A DNA stretch of 62,279 nucleotides, filler included, from Globobulimina sp. (taxonomy: Eukaryota): assembly GCA_003354225.1 (NCBI GenBank). It is 23 parts of 23 records of this genome, joined end to end, with 100 filler letters (N's around TTAATTAATTAA, not from the genome) between each part and the next. Parts side by side here need not be neighbours in the genome. Positions count along the whole stretch, not along the records: positions 10,857 to 13,470 come from PIVH01005719.1; positions 13,571 to 16,184 come from PIVH01005720.1; positions 16,285 to 18,897 come from PIVH01005721.1; positions 18,998 to 21,610 come from PIVH01005722.1; positions 21,711 to 24,322 come from PIVH01005723.1; 18 more parts are not named here. One strand, written 5' to 3'. Position 1 is the first letter of the stretch, and every line of letters starts with the position of its first letter. The notes under the pieces were generated by a model. It was not told the origin of the DNA. It did not search any database and saw only the letters and a program-made list of their open reading frames with translations. Below, one piece after another: positions 11,284 to 23,004 of this stretch. Position numbers and translations under genes: made by a program.

Positions 11284-12930
11284 TTAGATATAAGCATCCT
11301 CGTATGGAATAGCATGGCCTATAACATTTTGCCAACTATCTTGGTTATCTTCCACATATAAATCCATGTAGGTATCTCTTGTTATTAACACCTCACATTC
11401 ATCACTGAATTTACTTATCCACGATACGTCTGCACAAACAATACCGCCTCTACTTTTTCTTTCCATTTCAATTATCATTCCACCGTTGTTATTCTTTTTA
11501 TCATTATTCATATATTTGATTGCAACATCCCTTTTCCATGATGCACTTACAAATGTTTTAAATATTCCTCTTTGTTTCTTTTCCACTAAATTTGTTGTTC
11601 GTAAACCTGTATAAATTTTATATTCACCACATTCCTTTATGTGTAATTTGCAAATTGCTGAATCTAAACAATATTCCATCCACTGCCATTTATTTTTAAT
11701 AATAGCATTAGAATTAGGATTAATTGTTTTATTTCTTTGATACTCTGATAAATACCAATTACATTCACATCCCGTATATAATATAATTGCTAACATCTCG
11801 CCACGGTTTAATGGAGAACCTAATGCTTTATGTCGGGAATGATTTATTTTTTCATCCACAATGCGTAATATTCCATATTGTTTTTTATTTTTTATTTTAT
11901 TATTTGTAGTCGTATCATCTTCTGGAATAATTAAGTCATTCTCAAATCCATTTTTTTGCATTTCCGCAATCAATGCATTCAAACAACCATCTTTTTCTGA
12001 CCAACTCCATTTTATTTTAGCCATACTCGGTATTCTCCTCTTATTCATTAAAAATGGTTTGTTCTTTGATGTGATTTCAATCTCTCTATTTCTGGGAGGA
12101 TGTCTATATATTTTCATATGACATCTATCATCCAACCGATTCCCTCCTTTTTGTAACCTTAAATATTTGAAACATTCTTCATCGTATTTCTTATCATCCA
12201 TATATTGACACAATTCTTTGTCATAAATATCTTTGTAATGTGTAAATTCATTTAAATGTTTTAAATATTCCTCTGTGTATTCATAATCTTCTTTTACTTT
12301 CGCAAAAATAGGACATTTCCCACTATTTCTAATATATTGACATGTGATTTGCGTTCCAGCGGCGGATACATCATGTTTTAACTTAACAGATACTGTTAAT
12401 GTGTTATCTTTACTCTTCCACCAATGACAGACACTAAATGTTTGGGGGTAATATTTTTTTTGCATTTCTCGTTCAATTTTCGCTTTTATTTCTTTTGATT
12501 TTGCGATTTGCAGCAAAAGACTGCCAACTGATAAATCAACATTGATTGTGATTTGTGTATTGTTGAAATCAGGGTTACCACCACAAATAACTATAATATT
12601 TGCTACAGCATGAATCTTTGGAGGAGGTATTTGTGCTTTGTTTTTCTTACTTTTCTTATTGGTTTTAGGTTGCATTGTTTTTTTGATTTGATATTGTTTG
12701 TTTTTTGCATCATATTTAAATTTTTTTAAATTGTTAGCCAATGTACTGTTAAATCTGCTTCCTACACAAATCTTGTATTGTTTTGCAGAATAATTAGTTT
12801 TGATATATTCTGAAACTTTCTTTTTTGATGCTTTTCCTGGCAACGAATTTATAGCTTCAGTTATCATTTTGGTCCAACCAGGATGACTCTTTTTTGTTAT
12901 TGCTAAAGCTTCATTTGTTTGCTTAGTCAT
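11284..12930 (-). CDS. Linker-histone(H15)-like + tandem PBZ-like zinc finger + R-S-E-clade ADP-ribosyltransferase domain protein
   Basis: N-term SHPGWTKMITEAINSL..ASKKKVSEYIKTNY, then a Lys-rich linker. Two C..C...H-x5-H motifs (HLNEFTH, HMKIYRHP). C-term LAIILYTG, KIYTGL, FVSASW...VA, ADVSWISKFSDECEVL. Confidence 0.75.
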   Translation of the reverse strand: MTKQTNEALAITKKSHPGWTKMITEAINSLPGKASKKKVSEYIKTNYSAKQYKICVGSRFNSTLANNLKKFKYDAKNKQYQIKKTMQPKTNKKSKKNKAQIPPPKIHAVANIIVICGGNPDFNNTQITINVDLSVGSLLLQIAKSKEIKAKIEREMQKKYYPQTFSVCHWWKSKDNTLTVSVKLKHDVSAAGTQITCQYIRNSGKCPIFAKVKEDYEYTEEYLKHLNEFTHYKDIYDKELCQYMDDKKYDEECFKYLRLQKGGNRLDDRCHMKIYRHPPRNREIEITSKNKPFLMNKRRIPSMAKIKWSWSEKDGCLNALIAEMQKNGFENDLIIPEDDTTTNNKIKNKKQYGILRIVDEKINHSRHKALGSPLNRGEMLAIILYTGCECNWYLSEYQRNKTINPNSNAIIKNKWQWMEYCLDSAICKLHIKECGEYKIYTGLRTTNLVEKKQRGIFKTFVSASWKRDVAIKYMNNDKKNNNGGMIIEMERKSRGGIVCADVSWISKFSDECEVLITRDTYMDLYVEDNQDSWQNVIGHAIPYEDAYI

Positions 12931-12966
12931 GATCAACCCAAGTGATATCAAGAAAACACTTTTTGC

Positions 12967-13470
12967 ATGATGGCAAATCCATTTCCAAGTAGATACGAAT
13001 TAAAATGTTCAGGAATTTCGTTTATTTTGTCTCAACTTTTAATACTTTGTGCATTCTTTCTGTATGCAATTGATTATGATTCGTACTCTGTGCAAAATGA
13101 AGAACAAGTGATTGAACTCCATAACGTATTATCATCAAAAGAGCATCGAACCGAAGTTGAAATTGCAGTTTCATGCATGTGGTGCGCCTATCCGTTATTA
13201 TTAATCGGCTTATTTGGTTTTTAACAACAATACATAAGGAAACAGGCGAAATGTTTTTATTTGCAGCAGTTCAATCGTATATTATTTTTATTACAATAGT
13301 TTGTGTAGTAATACCCGCCATTGCTCTCACCACCACTTCATTTGAATGGTCCTTTCATGAATATACGCCAGAACCTGATTTTGTAGCCACTGGCTATTAC
13401 ATCCAATTATATCTCCAAGTATTTGCCGCGGAAATGGTAGACTGTGCTGCCGTGGCCGATGCTGTATTTA
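12967..13470 (+). CDS. Multi-pass membrane protein, frameshift at 13218-13222, 3' truncated
   Basis: Hydrophobic helices are split across ORFs 12967-13224 and 13173-13470 at a T5 run. Confidence 0.5.
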
Positions 13471-13570
13471 NNNNNNNNNNNNNNNNNNNNNNNNNNNNNN
13501 NNNNNNNNNNNNNNTTAATTAATTAANNNNNNNNNNNNNNNNNNNNNNNNNNNNNNNNNNNNNNNNNNNN

Positions 13571-14668
13571 AAACAACTATTGACAGTGCCTGAATGGTTA
13601 ATTGGTTGTTTTAAGAGAGAATATATTCTCGACAGCGATGGAACAATGGATGAATATTGCAATGGGACAAAAGTAGTGTACATGCAAAGACAATCAAAGT
13701 ATATTGATTTTCGAATTCCGTCGTCCATCACATCTTCACTCGATTTGTTTCTTAATAAATCACAAACTCTAAACAATCCGTTCAGTAATTACACTCAGCA
13801 CTTATTTGATTTATTGTGTACTCAATTATGTGATTCCGGAGTATGTAATGTCGAATACAAACATGTCCTAAACGATGACATCAAAGTATCCGACATTGTA
13901 CGCCAAGGCCATAACATCATCATTGATTTGGGACAATTGGAACAAAATAAAAATGTTAGTGATTGTTTTATGTTTCCCATTGCTGAATGGAGCGCAGACA
14001 CCAACTATCAACTAAGTACAAACTATCCGGAACCAGGCATATTAACGCAACATGAATCGCGTTTGGATTGTTTCTATGAACAAGCACCGTCTAATCAATA
14101 TTTAGAACTGTGGCAATACCAAAATGACTGTAATGGACCTTGTATTTATTTGGAATTATTGCAAGAAATTGATATTAAAAACGAAGATGATATATACAGA
14201 ACAAATGGAAGAATGATCATTATGGGAAACCATTTTATGATTACAAGGGATCGGAAAAGTACGTGTTCAAATATTAAACAGTTGGTTGAAAAGTTTGGTG
14301 TCGATCTGGCGTTACTTGAGAATGAAAGCAATGTAAATGATTTGAAATCAATTGTAAAATATATGGATAATATGGAATTTTGTAAAGAAATTTTAGACGT
14401 GGAATATTCATATGGTACTATAAAAAATGGATATAATGATTGTATAACGAATGAGTTGTTTTTTAAGGAGATTGATTCAATGATATTTGAGATCGAGTTA
14501 TCGTCGATTCCTTTTTATGTTGGACGGGAAATCAAAATATTTGATGATGAAAATTGGAGAATAGAAAGTGATCAAATCTTAAGCGAAATAGATCATGCCA
14601 TGGAAGTAAAAAGATATTGGCAATTAAAACATTTTGGGATTAATAACAAGAATAAAGTATTTACCTAA
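13571..14668 (+). CDS. Hri1-like protein, 5' truncated
   Basis: VPEWLIGCFKREYI...VVYMQ...YIDFRIP, YLELWQ, IIMGNHFMITRDR, DVEYSYG resemble the Hri1-like family. Confidence 0.5.
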   Translation, partial: KQLLTVPEWLIGCFKREYILDSDGTMDEYCNGTKVVYMQRQSKYIDFRIPSSITSSLDLFLNKSQTLNNPFSNYTQHLFDLLCTQLCDSGVCNVEYKHVLNDDIKVSDIVRQGHNIIIDLGQLEQNKNVSDCFMFPIAEWSADTNYQLSTNYPEPGILTQHESRLDCFYEQAPSNQYLELWQYQNDCNGPCIYLELLQEIDIKNEDDIYRTNGRMIIMGNHFMITRDRKSTCSNIKQLVEKFGVDLALLENESNVNDLKSIVKYMDNMEFCKEILDVEYSYGTIKNGYNDCITNELFFKEIDSMIFEIELSSIPFYVGREIKIFDDENWRIESDQILSEIDHAMEVKRYWQLKHFGINNKNKVFT

Positions 14669-14756
14669 ACCCGTCAACAAACTCCGAAATTTGAAAAAAA
14701 AAACATTTTTGTAGTTAAAAAAAAAGGTTTTAGAGTGAGATAGTCAGAGAGTAATA

Positions 14757-15324
14757 ATGAGACGACATCCTAAAACGAACGAAAGATATGATTTTGATGG
14801 GAATGACTATGAACACAGACAAAAGGTGGAATCCAAATACAAAGAGATAGCTGAGGCCAAACAAACAGTACGAATGTATGCAGGAATATCAGCATCCATT
14901 GGATTTATGTTATTATTATTAAATCTCATAACCTATAAATTTCGCATTGGACAGATATTCAATGAAATAACATTGGGCGCAATTGGACATGTCATAAATA
15001 TATGGTTGGTCTTGACATCGGCGATTGTTTCTTTTTTAAGTGTTCAGGGCAGATCAAACCCCACCTTGTTAATTATTGCTACCACGATTTGTTTTGTTTG
15101 TATTATATCCTTTATCATTGTGATTGTATTCTGGGCCATCGATTTAAGGAATATGGTGTGGTATCAATCATTCTTTTTATTAGGATTTATTATCAATATC
15201 ATACCTCATGTATTATGTATGTGATCTATTAATCCGTCTAAACACACAACACACTCACACTCACACAGTGACATTAAATGTATCTGAGTTGCATTCAAAA
15301 CTGGACACTACGCGAAGACGATGA
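14757..15324 (+). CDS. JAGN1: Jagunal (JAGN1) homolog, ER membrane protein; intron 15217-15268
   Basis: DGNDYEHRQKV..KY matches the Jagunal GTDGSDF.HR.RV..HY motif. Four TM segments; spliced C-terminus ends ...DTTRRR*. Confidence 0.72.
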
Positions 15325-15516
15325 TAACAACAATACAAAATTACCAATATAATAGACATAGAGTGTAATGTGGTGTTTTGTTCAAACATTCTTTGCTTTT
15401 CTTATAAGTATTTGTGAGATTTCTTCGATTCAAAACTATAGATACACAGCGCAAACAATATTAAAGATAAAATAACAATAAAAGTCAGTCACAAGTGCAA
15501 GGATAACAACATTGTG

Positions 15517-16184
15517 CTACATTTGTGATCCATAATCAAAATCAACGTCTGGATCTTCCGCGTCATCTTCTAGTATGTCGGTGTTTGTTTTTGGGTATGA
15601 ACCAAAAGCTTGCTGATTGACATGGATCTGACTCCGCGAATATTCCGAACCATGGCCATGCGCAGATGTCTGGCTCTCCATTTGTTGCACTTGGGCATAA
15701 TAATCCAAATCACTGTCTAATACGAATGAGGTTTGTTGAGCATGTTTATTCCTTGCAGTCGCAGATGGATTATTTATAGTGTCCATCATCACCATCCCTG
15801 TATTATTGGCCTGTGTGTCTTTCATCATTGGTGTGGATCCATGCCCATCTTTCGAGTGTCCGTATATCTTTTTATATGGTTTACTTTGTACGCCATTATT
15901 TTCATGATCCTCACTTTTCATTACATCACTCGATAAATCCAGAATATGATGTCTTTGGCCTTGACTCTATATTTTAGATTGATTTTATATATATAGCAAT
16001 ATGAGGGAGTGAGTAAGGAGTAACTGGTGGTTTTGGCTTTGGATTTGGATTAAGATTTCTATCGTTAAATTGCTGTTTATTGTCTTCTTCTTCTTCATCG
16101 TCGTCTTCGTCGTCATTTTCATCAGATTCCTCAGCTACATTTATCATCGTAACAGATTTCATTCGCATATTGGCCCGTCCTGTT
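15517..16184 (-). CDS. Low-complexity C-terminal part of an unknown protein; intron 15967-16024
   Basis: A GTTACT...TAG phase-0 intron joins ORFs 15974-16168 and 15517-15921. Confidence 0.55.
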
Positions 16185-16451
16185 NNNNNNNNNNNNNNNN
16201 NNNNNNNNNNNNNNNNNNNNNNNNNNNNTTAATTAATTAANNNNNNNNNNNNNNNNNNNNNNNNNNNNNNNNNNNNNNNNNNNNATTATTAAGATATTTA
16301 TGCATTCAGGTGTACGGAGGGATATTATTCGATACGACAAAAAATGATTCAACAAAAAATTTTGAACTAAATTTTTGTATTACACCATGGTACATAGAAA
16401 TTTTGATCATATGACTACATATTGCGCACATATGATATGCCCTATCAATAA

Positions 16452-17633
16452 TTAACGGAGATCCTCAATGTCTATTTTACTGTTCTTACAATCACGATCC
16501 CTGGCATAGCATTGGAGAGGTTTACCACCATGAATAATACAGCGATTTTCATGATCGCACAAAGAAATATGACTCGGATTTTGTTGGATTTTATCCAAAA
16601 AATCTGGTTCTCTCAACAATGCTCTCCCAATTGAAACCAATTCAAATCCAGATTCGAATGCCTTATTTATATCATCCAATGATGTAATACCACCCAAATA
16701 ACATACAATAGCTCCATTTTTATTTTTACTTTTAGCTAAATCCAATCCATTCAATAATTCCAACGAAGTTTGCAACAGAAACATTGGTCGAAATTTAACC
16801 TTTGGAATCCACCATGGCCCAACCAAAGCAATCCCGATTTTTTTAATCCACGACACAGACTCCATCGCCATTCGGTAAATCGGCACACTCCCTCTCATCT
16901 GAAATATTCCATTCGATGAAATGAAGCCAGCGGTAGGAATAACAACATCTGCTCCATTTTGTATTAAAATTTGACAAAATTGTATTGATTCTCCAACAGT
17001 AACACCACCATCTACCCCATCATGCGAATTTATTTTGACAAATATTGGAAACGAATCGCCGCATAATTCACGTATCTTTTTGACGATATCTGCGGCAAAC
17101 CGGCTTCGGCTTTGCATGGATTGTGCGCCATATTCATCATTGCGATGATTGGTCAACAAAGATAAAAATTGACTGATTAAATATCCATGGCCACAATGCA
17201 AAGTTACTGCGTCGAATCCACATTGTTTGCATAACAACGCTGCTTTGCCAAACTCCTTTATCTTTGTTTTGATATCAATGATACTCATTTCCTTCGCAAA
17301 TTGAAATGCGGCCCAACTCCATACACGTGAGGCACATACACGTTGATGATCCGCCATGAAGCCAGCATGTGTTAACTGGATGGATATTGCAGCTGCAGTT
17401 TGTTGATGAATAGTTGATGTTAATTGTTTTAAGCCTGCTTTGTTTTGTGGTAATAGTAGTAATTGGAAACATCCATAAGAGACTGTTACCATTCCTGCAT
17501 TGTATGCTTGTTCGACATGAAATTGTATCAATGTATCACTTACTTTGCCATTCAAGGATGCTGACTCAAAAGTTGCTGATTTAATGATTCTATTTCGTAA
17601 TACAACGCCACGAATTTGAATGGATGTATTCAT
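16452..17633 (-). CDS. NADH:flavin oxidoreductase (Old Yellow Enzyme family)
   Basis: LRNRIIKSATFE, IQLTHAG, GFDAVTLHCGHGYLISQFLS..TNHRNDEYG, GRALLREPD, C-terminal C.H.N.C. No introns. Confidence 0.92.
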   Translation of the reverse strand: MNTSIQIRGVVLRNRIIKSATFESASLNGKVSDTLIQFHVEQAYNAGMVTVSYGCFQLLLLPQNKAGLKQLTSTIHQQTAAAISIQLTHAGFMADHQRVCASRVWSWAAFQFAKEMSIIDIKTKIKEFGKAALLCKQCGFDAVTLHCGHGYLISQFLSLLTNHRNDEYGAQSMQSRSRFAADIVKKIRELCGDSFPIFVKINSHDGVDGGVTVGESIQFCQILIQNGADVVIPTAGFISSNGIFQMRGSVPIYRMAMESVSWIKKIGIALVGPWWIPKVKFRPMFLLQTSLELLNGLDLAKSKNKNGAIVCYLGGITSLDDINKAFESGFELVSIGRALLREPDFLDKIQQNPSHISLCDHENRCIIHGGKPLQCYARDRDCKNSKIDIEDLR

Positions 17634-17848
17634 ATAATCTGACGAAATTGATCGCTTTTTGATATTTGTAAGTGATGCTCTCTCTGCATACTATTCAATT
17701 TGTATATTTGATTATTGATCATAAGTAATAACCCAAAACATCGAGGGAATATACGGAAAAACAAAAAAGCAATGAAAAAGATAGTAATTGCAAATCAGAT
17801 CAATGGAACATTATTGCAATTGTTTTCATATGAGAATGGTGATCGTTT

Positions 17849-18044
17849 TTATGATTTATTTGGTGCTATGGGTGGAGTAAGTAATGCATTTTGTAATAAA
17901 TTATGGAAATATAGGTATACATTCCTTGTCCCATTTAGTTTTCGATGGTAATTCGCGCTGATATTGATATGCATACAAGACGACATATCCAATAGCTGCA
18001 CCAATGCCAATTTGCCACCATTTATTCTCTTGGAAAAAAGACAT
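17849..18044 (-). CDS. Small (46 aa) single-TM protein; intron 17866-17920
   Basis: MSFFQENKWWQIGIGAAIGYVVLYAYQYQRELPSKTKWDKE|SPNKS* after a GTATAC...TAG intron. Confidence 0.4.
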
Positions 18045-18475
18045 TACCTTTAGCTTGGTTTTAAAATAAAAAAAAAACTGGAACAATTTGAATTTTGCAA
18101 ACAAATTATGATTCAGCGGACATGAATTTTGCAAACCAAAATCAATAAACTGTTGAACACGCTCTTTCATTTTAACACTTACAAAAAAATAATACGAACA
18201 AAGAAGCTTAAGAATAAATTGTATGGAAAATACCGATAATTTGAAGCAATACGCAATGCAAGTTTTTTTTTTATATTCATTATAAGATGATTGGCATAGT
18301 AATGCTATCTGGAGAGCTATTATTATTGGCAAAGAAATCGCAAATTCTAAGAGCGGATTACTACCATGGTCTTCAACACAGATTACTAGCATGCCAGTTG
18401 TGGTGCTATCATTGCACAATTTCGATTGCTATTTAGTTATATCATGACATGGTTATATACATCACAACATTCGAT

Positions 18476-18897
18476 TCATCTCACACACACATTGGAGACA
18501 ATACAACTGTCATTCTTAGAATACAACGAAACACAATGATACCAATGGGTAATATAGTTTTCTTCTGGCAATGACATGGAATAAAATTGACGCTTCTTAG
18601 GTTCCTCAAAAAATATTAATTTTGCATTTTCGATATCGTAATCAATAGTAATTGCCACATCTTTTACAGGCACTTTATAAGTGTTATCCTTTGTGCTTCT
18701 TTTTGGATCACCACTATATACATAACCACTACGTCCTGATATACCAAATGCATCTATTAATTCCGTACCATATTGGCCTTGTGAAAAATTTATTGTTCTG
18801 TTCGATACCACACCAACAAAAAAATGAGTAGTTGTGCCCCCATCGCTTTCCTTTAATATTCATAGTCCATGATATAAATGAAAGGTTATATTCGTTG
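18476..18897 (-). CDS. SPRY-like domain, C-terminal fragment
   Basis: FFVGVVSNR, DAFGISG, ITIDYD...LIFF, WYHCVSL. Confidence 0.55.
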
Positions 18898-18997
18898 NNN
18901 NNNNNNNNNNNNNNNNNNNNNNNNNNNNNNNNNNNNNNNNNTTAATTAATTAANNNNNNNNNNNNNNNNNNNNNNNNNNNNNNNNNNNNNNNNNNNN

Positions 18998-21518
18998 GGT
19001 ACACGATACGCGACGGCTCAGCCTTTATAAATAATTATTTATCAAATTGGGATTTTGAAGCAAGTCAAGATGGCAAAACATGGCAAACTATCCATTCAAT
19101 CGAAGATAACCATGCTTTAAAAGGTAAATATAACAAAGAATTTCCTTCTGCTTCGTTTGAAGTTAAACAATGCGAAGAATTTTATTCTTCGTTTCGAATA
19201 AAAATGAGTGGTCCAAATAATTTGGCAAAGTATTCATTTTTTTTATGTGGTTTTGAAATTTATGGCAATGTCCGCAGAGTGAACAGTTTGTATTTATGGG
19301 TTTTGGGACAATGGAAATATTGGCTGAGGATTTTTGGATGGAGGTCGTTGGAAGTTACATCGCGATTATTTATATTAACGATGATATGGTTGGTATTGGG
19401 TGGCATCGCATTTATTATCGCAGTATGTGTGGATATATGCATTGCTATATATGCTGTAAAAAAATCGTATATGAAAGATATGGGATATGACTTTGGATGG
19501 ATTAATTGGTTCATTTATATAACACACACTGATATGAACAATGAATGGCTGCCCTTTGAATGGTTAGCACAATGTTGGAGCCATAAAAACCCCGAATATG
19601 ACGGATTGATCCAAGAAAATGCTGAGAAACAAAGAAAAATTGAAGCAGAATTAAGAAAAGACAAAGAAGATCAAAATGAGGACGAATTACAACAAAAACT
19701 GGCCGAATTGGAAGAAGAAGAGGAGGAAATTTATAAAATTGAGAAATTAACACGTTTTAATAATGCTTGTTGTAATCGTTTCTGGTTAGATGATGATTTG
19801 GATCCTTTACATGAATTTACAGAAAGATTCAATACAGAAATGTTTCGCTGGAGAGTTATTTCACACATTATCTATTTGATATTGATTACAATTTTTGTGT
19901 ATTATCCATTAGGTCTACCAAACGATGATGCCATTGTACCTCGCTTTGAATTGCGAAACGAGTTCGCATTGAACAATAAAACAGCACCTACAGATTTACC
20001 TAAATATGTTTTTATTTATACGTGGATGGCAACAATATTGTGGCCGATGATATTCTTATTTTTAAAATACCAGAATTCTGATAATTTATTAATTGCATTA
20101 AACAGTTCGGAGGATGTGGAAAGAAGACCAGATTCATTGTATACGTCGGAAAATGTGCAGCCAATTCGAGAAATGGTATATCAGCGCGCAAGGTTGGACT
20201 GGGAAAAGTTTTTAAGTGGGATAGATCCTGGCAATTCAAATAAAATTCAGTTATTTTATGAGTGTTTTATTATTCGGCCGGAAATAAAAGAATTGGTAGA
20301 ACCGATGACGAAGATATTTGAAGAACACTTAAAATGTCAAGATATGCATTTAGCGGAATATATGTTGAAAATCAAATGTAAGATAAATCATTATGGATTG
20401 GATAGAGGATTAAGTTGGAAACAAGAACAAGATCATACTGAGTGGAGTACCACCATTTCATTTTTAATGTATTGTATAAAGGGATACTTTTATCCAAATG
20501 ATATGATTTATGCTGCGAAAATATTGTGGAAATATTATGATTATGAAGAAAAAATAAAACAATTACAATGGAAAGATGACAAAGGAAATACCATTGATAA
20601 TATAAATATTTATTGTGTTACCAATGAAGGGAGGGAGTTGGTACAATCGTGGCGAAAAGAAGTTGATTTGTCGGAATTGCCGCATTTAAACCAAAAAACG
20701 AAGGGTTATCCACGTCGTCAATCATATGTTATGTGTTATATGTTTATGTTTATATGTTTATAAGTTATGATTTATATATTTATATTCAGAGTGAATCGTG
20801 GTTGGAAGATTTTGATTTAAATGATTACAAAGAAGAGGAAGAAGAAGAGGCACAAATTAAATTAAAAGAAATGCAGAAACGTTCTGCCAATTTATCGGAT
20901 CTAATGTGGGAAGAACAATGGCATCCAAATATGCATATAAATGATGGCTGGCCATTGGAGAAATTAAATATAAATGAATTAGAGAATAAATTAAGAAATT
21001 TATGTAAAGCATATCCAATTTTTATGAATACAAAAAATGAAAAAATATTAAAATATCTTAAGGATTATAAAAAAGAACATGCTCAAAACTCTCTATCAGA
21101 TAATTATAAGAAAAAACAAGCTGAAATTAAAAAAATTTTAATTGCAAAATACAAAGAAAAAAATGTAAAATTTGATTTAGATAAAAATGAATTTAAATTA
21201 ATTACAAATGCAAAAAAAGAAGAACCAGAAGAACCAGATTTGGATTTGGATGACTTAGATTTGGATGTCGAAGATTTGGATTTGGATTTGGACTTAGATT
21301 TGGAAATAGATTTGGATTTGGATTTGGAAGAAGAAAAAGAAGACAAAGATAAAAATAAAGAAGAAAAAAATAAAGAGGAGAGTGATTTGGATTTAGATGT
21401 GGATTTAGATTTGGATTTGGATTTGGACTTAGATTTGGACTTAGATTTGGACTTAGATTTGGATTTGGATTTGGATTTAGATTTAGATTTATCGGATAAT
21501 GACGATATAAATTTATGA
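18998..21518 (+). CDS. XK-related membrane protein with F5/8-type (discoidin) domain and poly-(Asp-Leu) tail, 5' truncated; intron 20728-20789
   Basis: NWDFEASQDGKTWQTI...FRIKMSGPN...LCGFEIYG (discoidin-like) is directly followed by WRSLEVTSRLFILTMIWLVLGG (XK-like). The GTTATGT...CAG intron joins ORFs 19204 and 20733. Confidence 0.65.
21237..21491 (+). repeat. Hexamer microsatellite-like coding repeat (GATTTG/GATTTA/GACTTA) encoding (DL)n
   Basis: Two tracts of alternating Asp-Leu in the C-terminal exon. Confidence 0.95.
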
Positions 21519-21710
21519 TTTTGTGTGTATTGATATTTTGTTTGTAATTTTTTGACTTTTTTGTTTGTTTGTGTGTTTTTTAGACTCGCTTATTTTTACT
21601 GAATTTCTTANNNNNNNNNNNNNNNNNNNNNNNNNNNNNNNNNNNNNNNNNNNNTTAATTAATTAANNNNNNNNNNNNNNNNNNNNNNNNNNNNNNNNNN
21701 NNNNNNNNNN

Positions 21711-22962
21711 CAATAAATTGTTTGCATTGCGAATGGTTTTTCATATTTAAGCAGGCTTTGATATAAAATGTATTTAATATTTCATTCTCTTTATATATTT
21801 GCCCATTATGTTTGTCATATAATTCCAATGCAAGCTCACTTTTATTATTATTGATGAACACTTTCATCATTGTTCCAATGGAAACATCATTAAACATATT
21901 ATTGTTTGATACTAAAATATTAAATATGTTAAATGCAGATGAAACATCACCAATTTTGCCATAAAAATCCATTAAATTGTTCATAAATGCAATGCAAGGA
22001 ATGTTTCCTGTTTTGATCTCACTCATTTTTGAATGGATTAAATCTTTGCACTGATTGTAATCATAAATATTGCCACAAGCTCGCATAAATAGCATATTTA
22101 AGATATCATTTGTTTCGCCGCATAATTTATAGAATACAATAGCTTTTTCATTCTCTTTGTGCTTTATCAAAAACTTCATCATTAAACCAAGTAAATGCAA
22201 ATTATTCTTCTTCTTATTCTTATTTGTAATATCTGTAAATATATTCAGTATATCTTTGATGTTTATGTCTTTACAAAGCTTTAAATCTGTAAAATTTAGC
22301 AATGCTTTAATAAATAAGTTATTTGCTATTTCATTATCTCTTTTATGTTGTTGTGTATATAAAAGGACGGCTTCATTATTTCTCTCATTATTTATCAAAC
22401 ATTTCATCATAACACCAATAATAAAGATATCTTTCCTATGATTTGGAATTGAGTTAAATACATTTTTTGCTTTTAATAATTGTTGGCAATCGGAATAAAT
22501 CTCAATTAATAATGTTTTACTACGAATACCATCAAAGTCATTGTTATTTGTTAATTGTTGATTTATTTTATTAACAATCGTCATTATTTTATTACAATCT
22601 GTTTGATTGTCTGCCATTATTTGTTTACAACATTTTAATAATATGGTCCATGAAATATTTTCGATTTTAAAGATATCGTCATAAATTTCAAGAATTTTAT
22701 AGCTTTGATTGGAAGCAAAGTAAAATTTTAATAATGTATTCACCACAAAATGATTCTTTTCTATTACATTGAGATTATTATATACTGTCAATATTTTACC
22801 ATTAATATCAAGAATATTGTTTGAGTTTATTTGTTGTGATAAACACTTTATTTCTCGAACTGCGCCATGACTGTCATAACGAGTCTCCAATATTGAGGTT
22901 GCTTTATTACAATATGAATGTTTAAGTGAGCTTGTTGCTGTTTTGCATCTTATTTTAATCAT
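21711..22962 (-). CDS. Pentatricopeptide repeat (PPR) protein, 3' truncated
   Basis: Degenerate ~33-35 aa repeats (NTLLKFY, LLIEIYSDC..AKNVFNSI, MLFMRACGN, NNLMDFYGKIGDVSSAFNIF, YIKACLN). N-terminus is basic and Ser/Thr-rich, presequence-like. Confidence 0.88.
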
Positions 22963-23004
22963 AAAGTTAGAGACATAAGAACGAAAATCTCTTTCCAAAT
23001 CAAC

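Noticed and set aside
21104-21346. Poly-(Ser-Lys) ORF on the minus strand
   Set aside because: It is the antisense reading of the (DL)n repeat.
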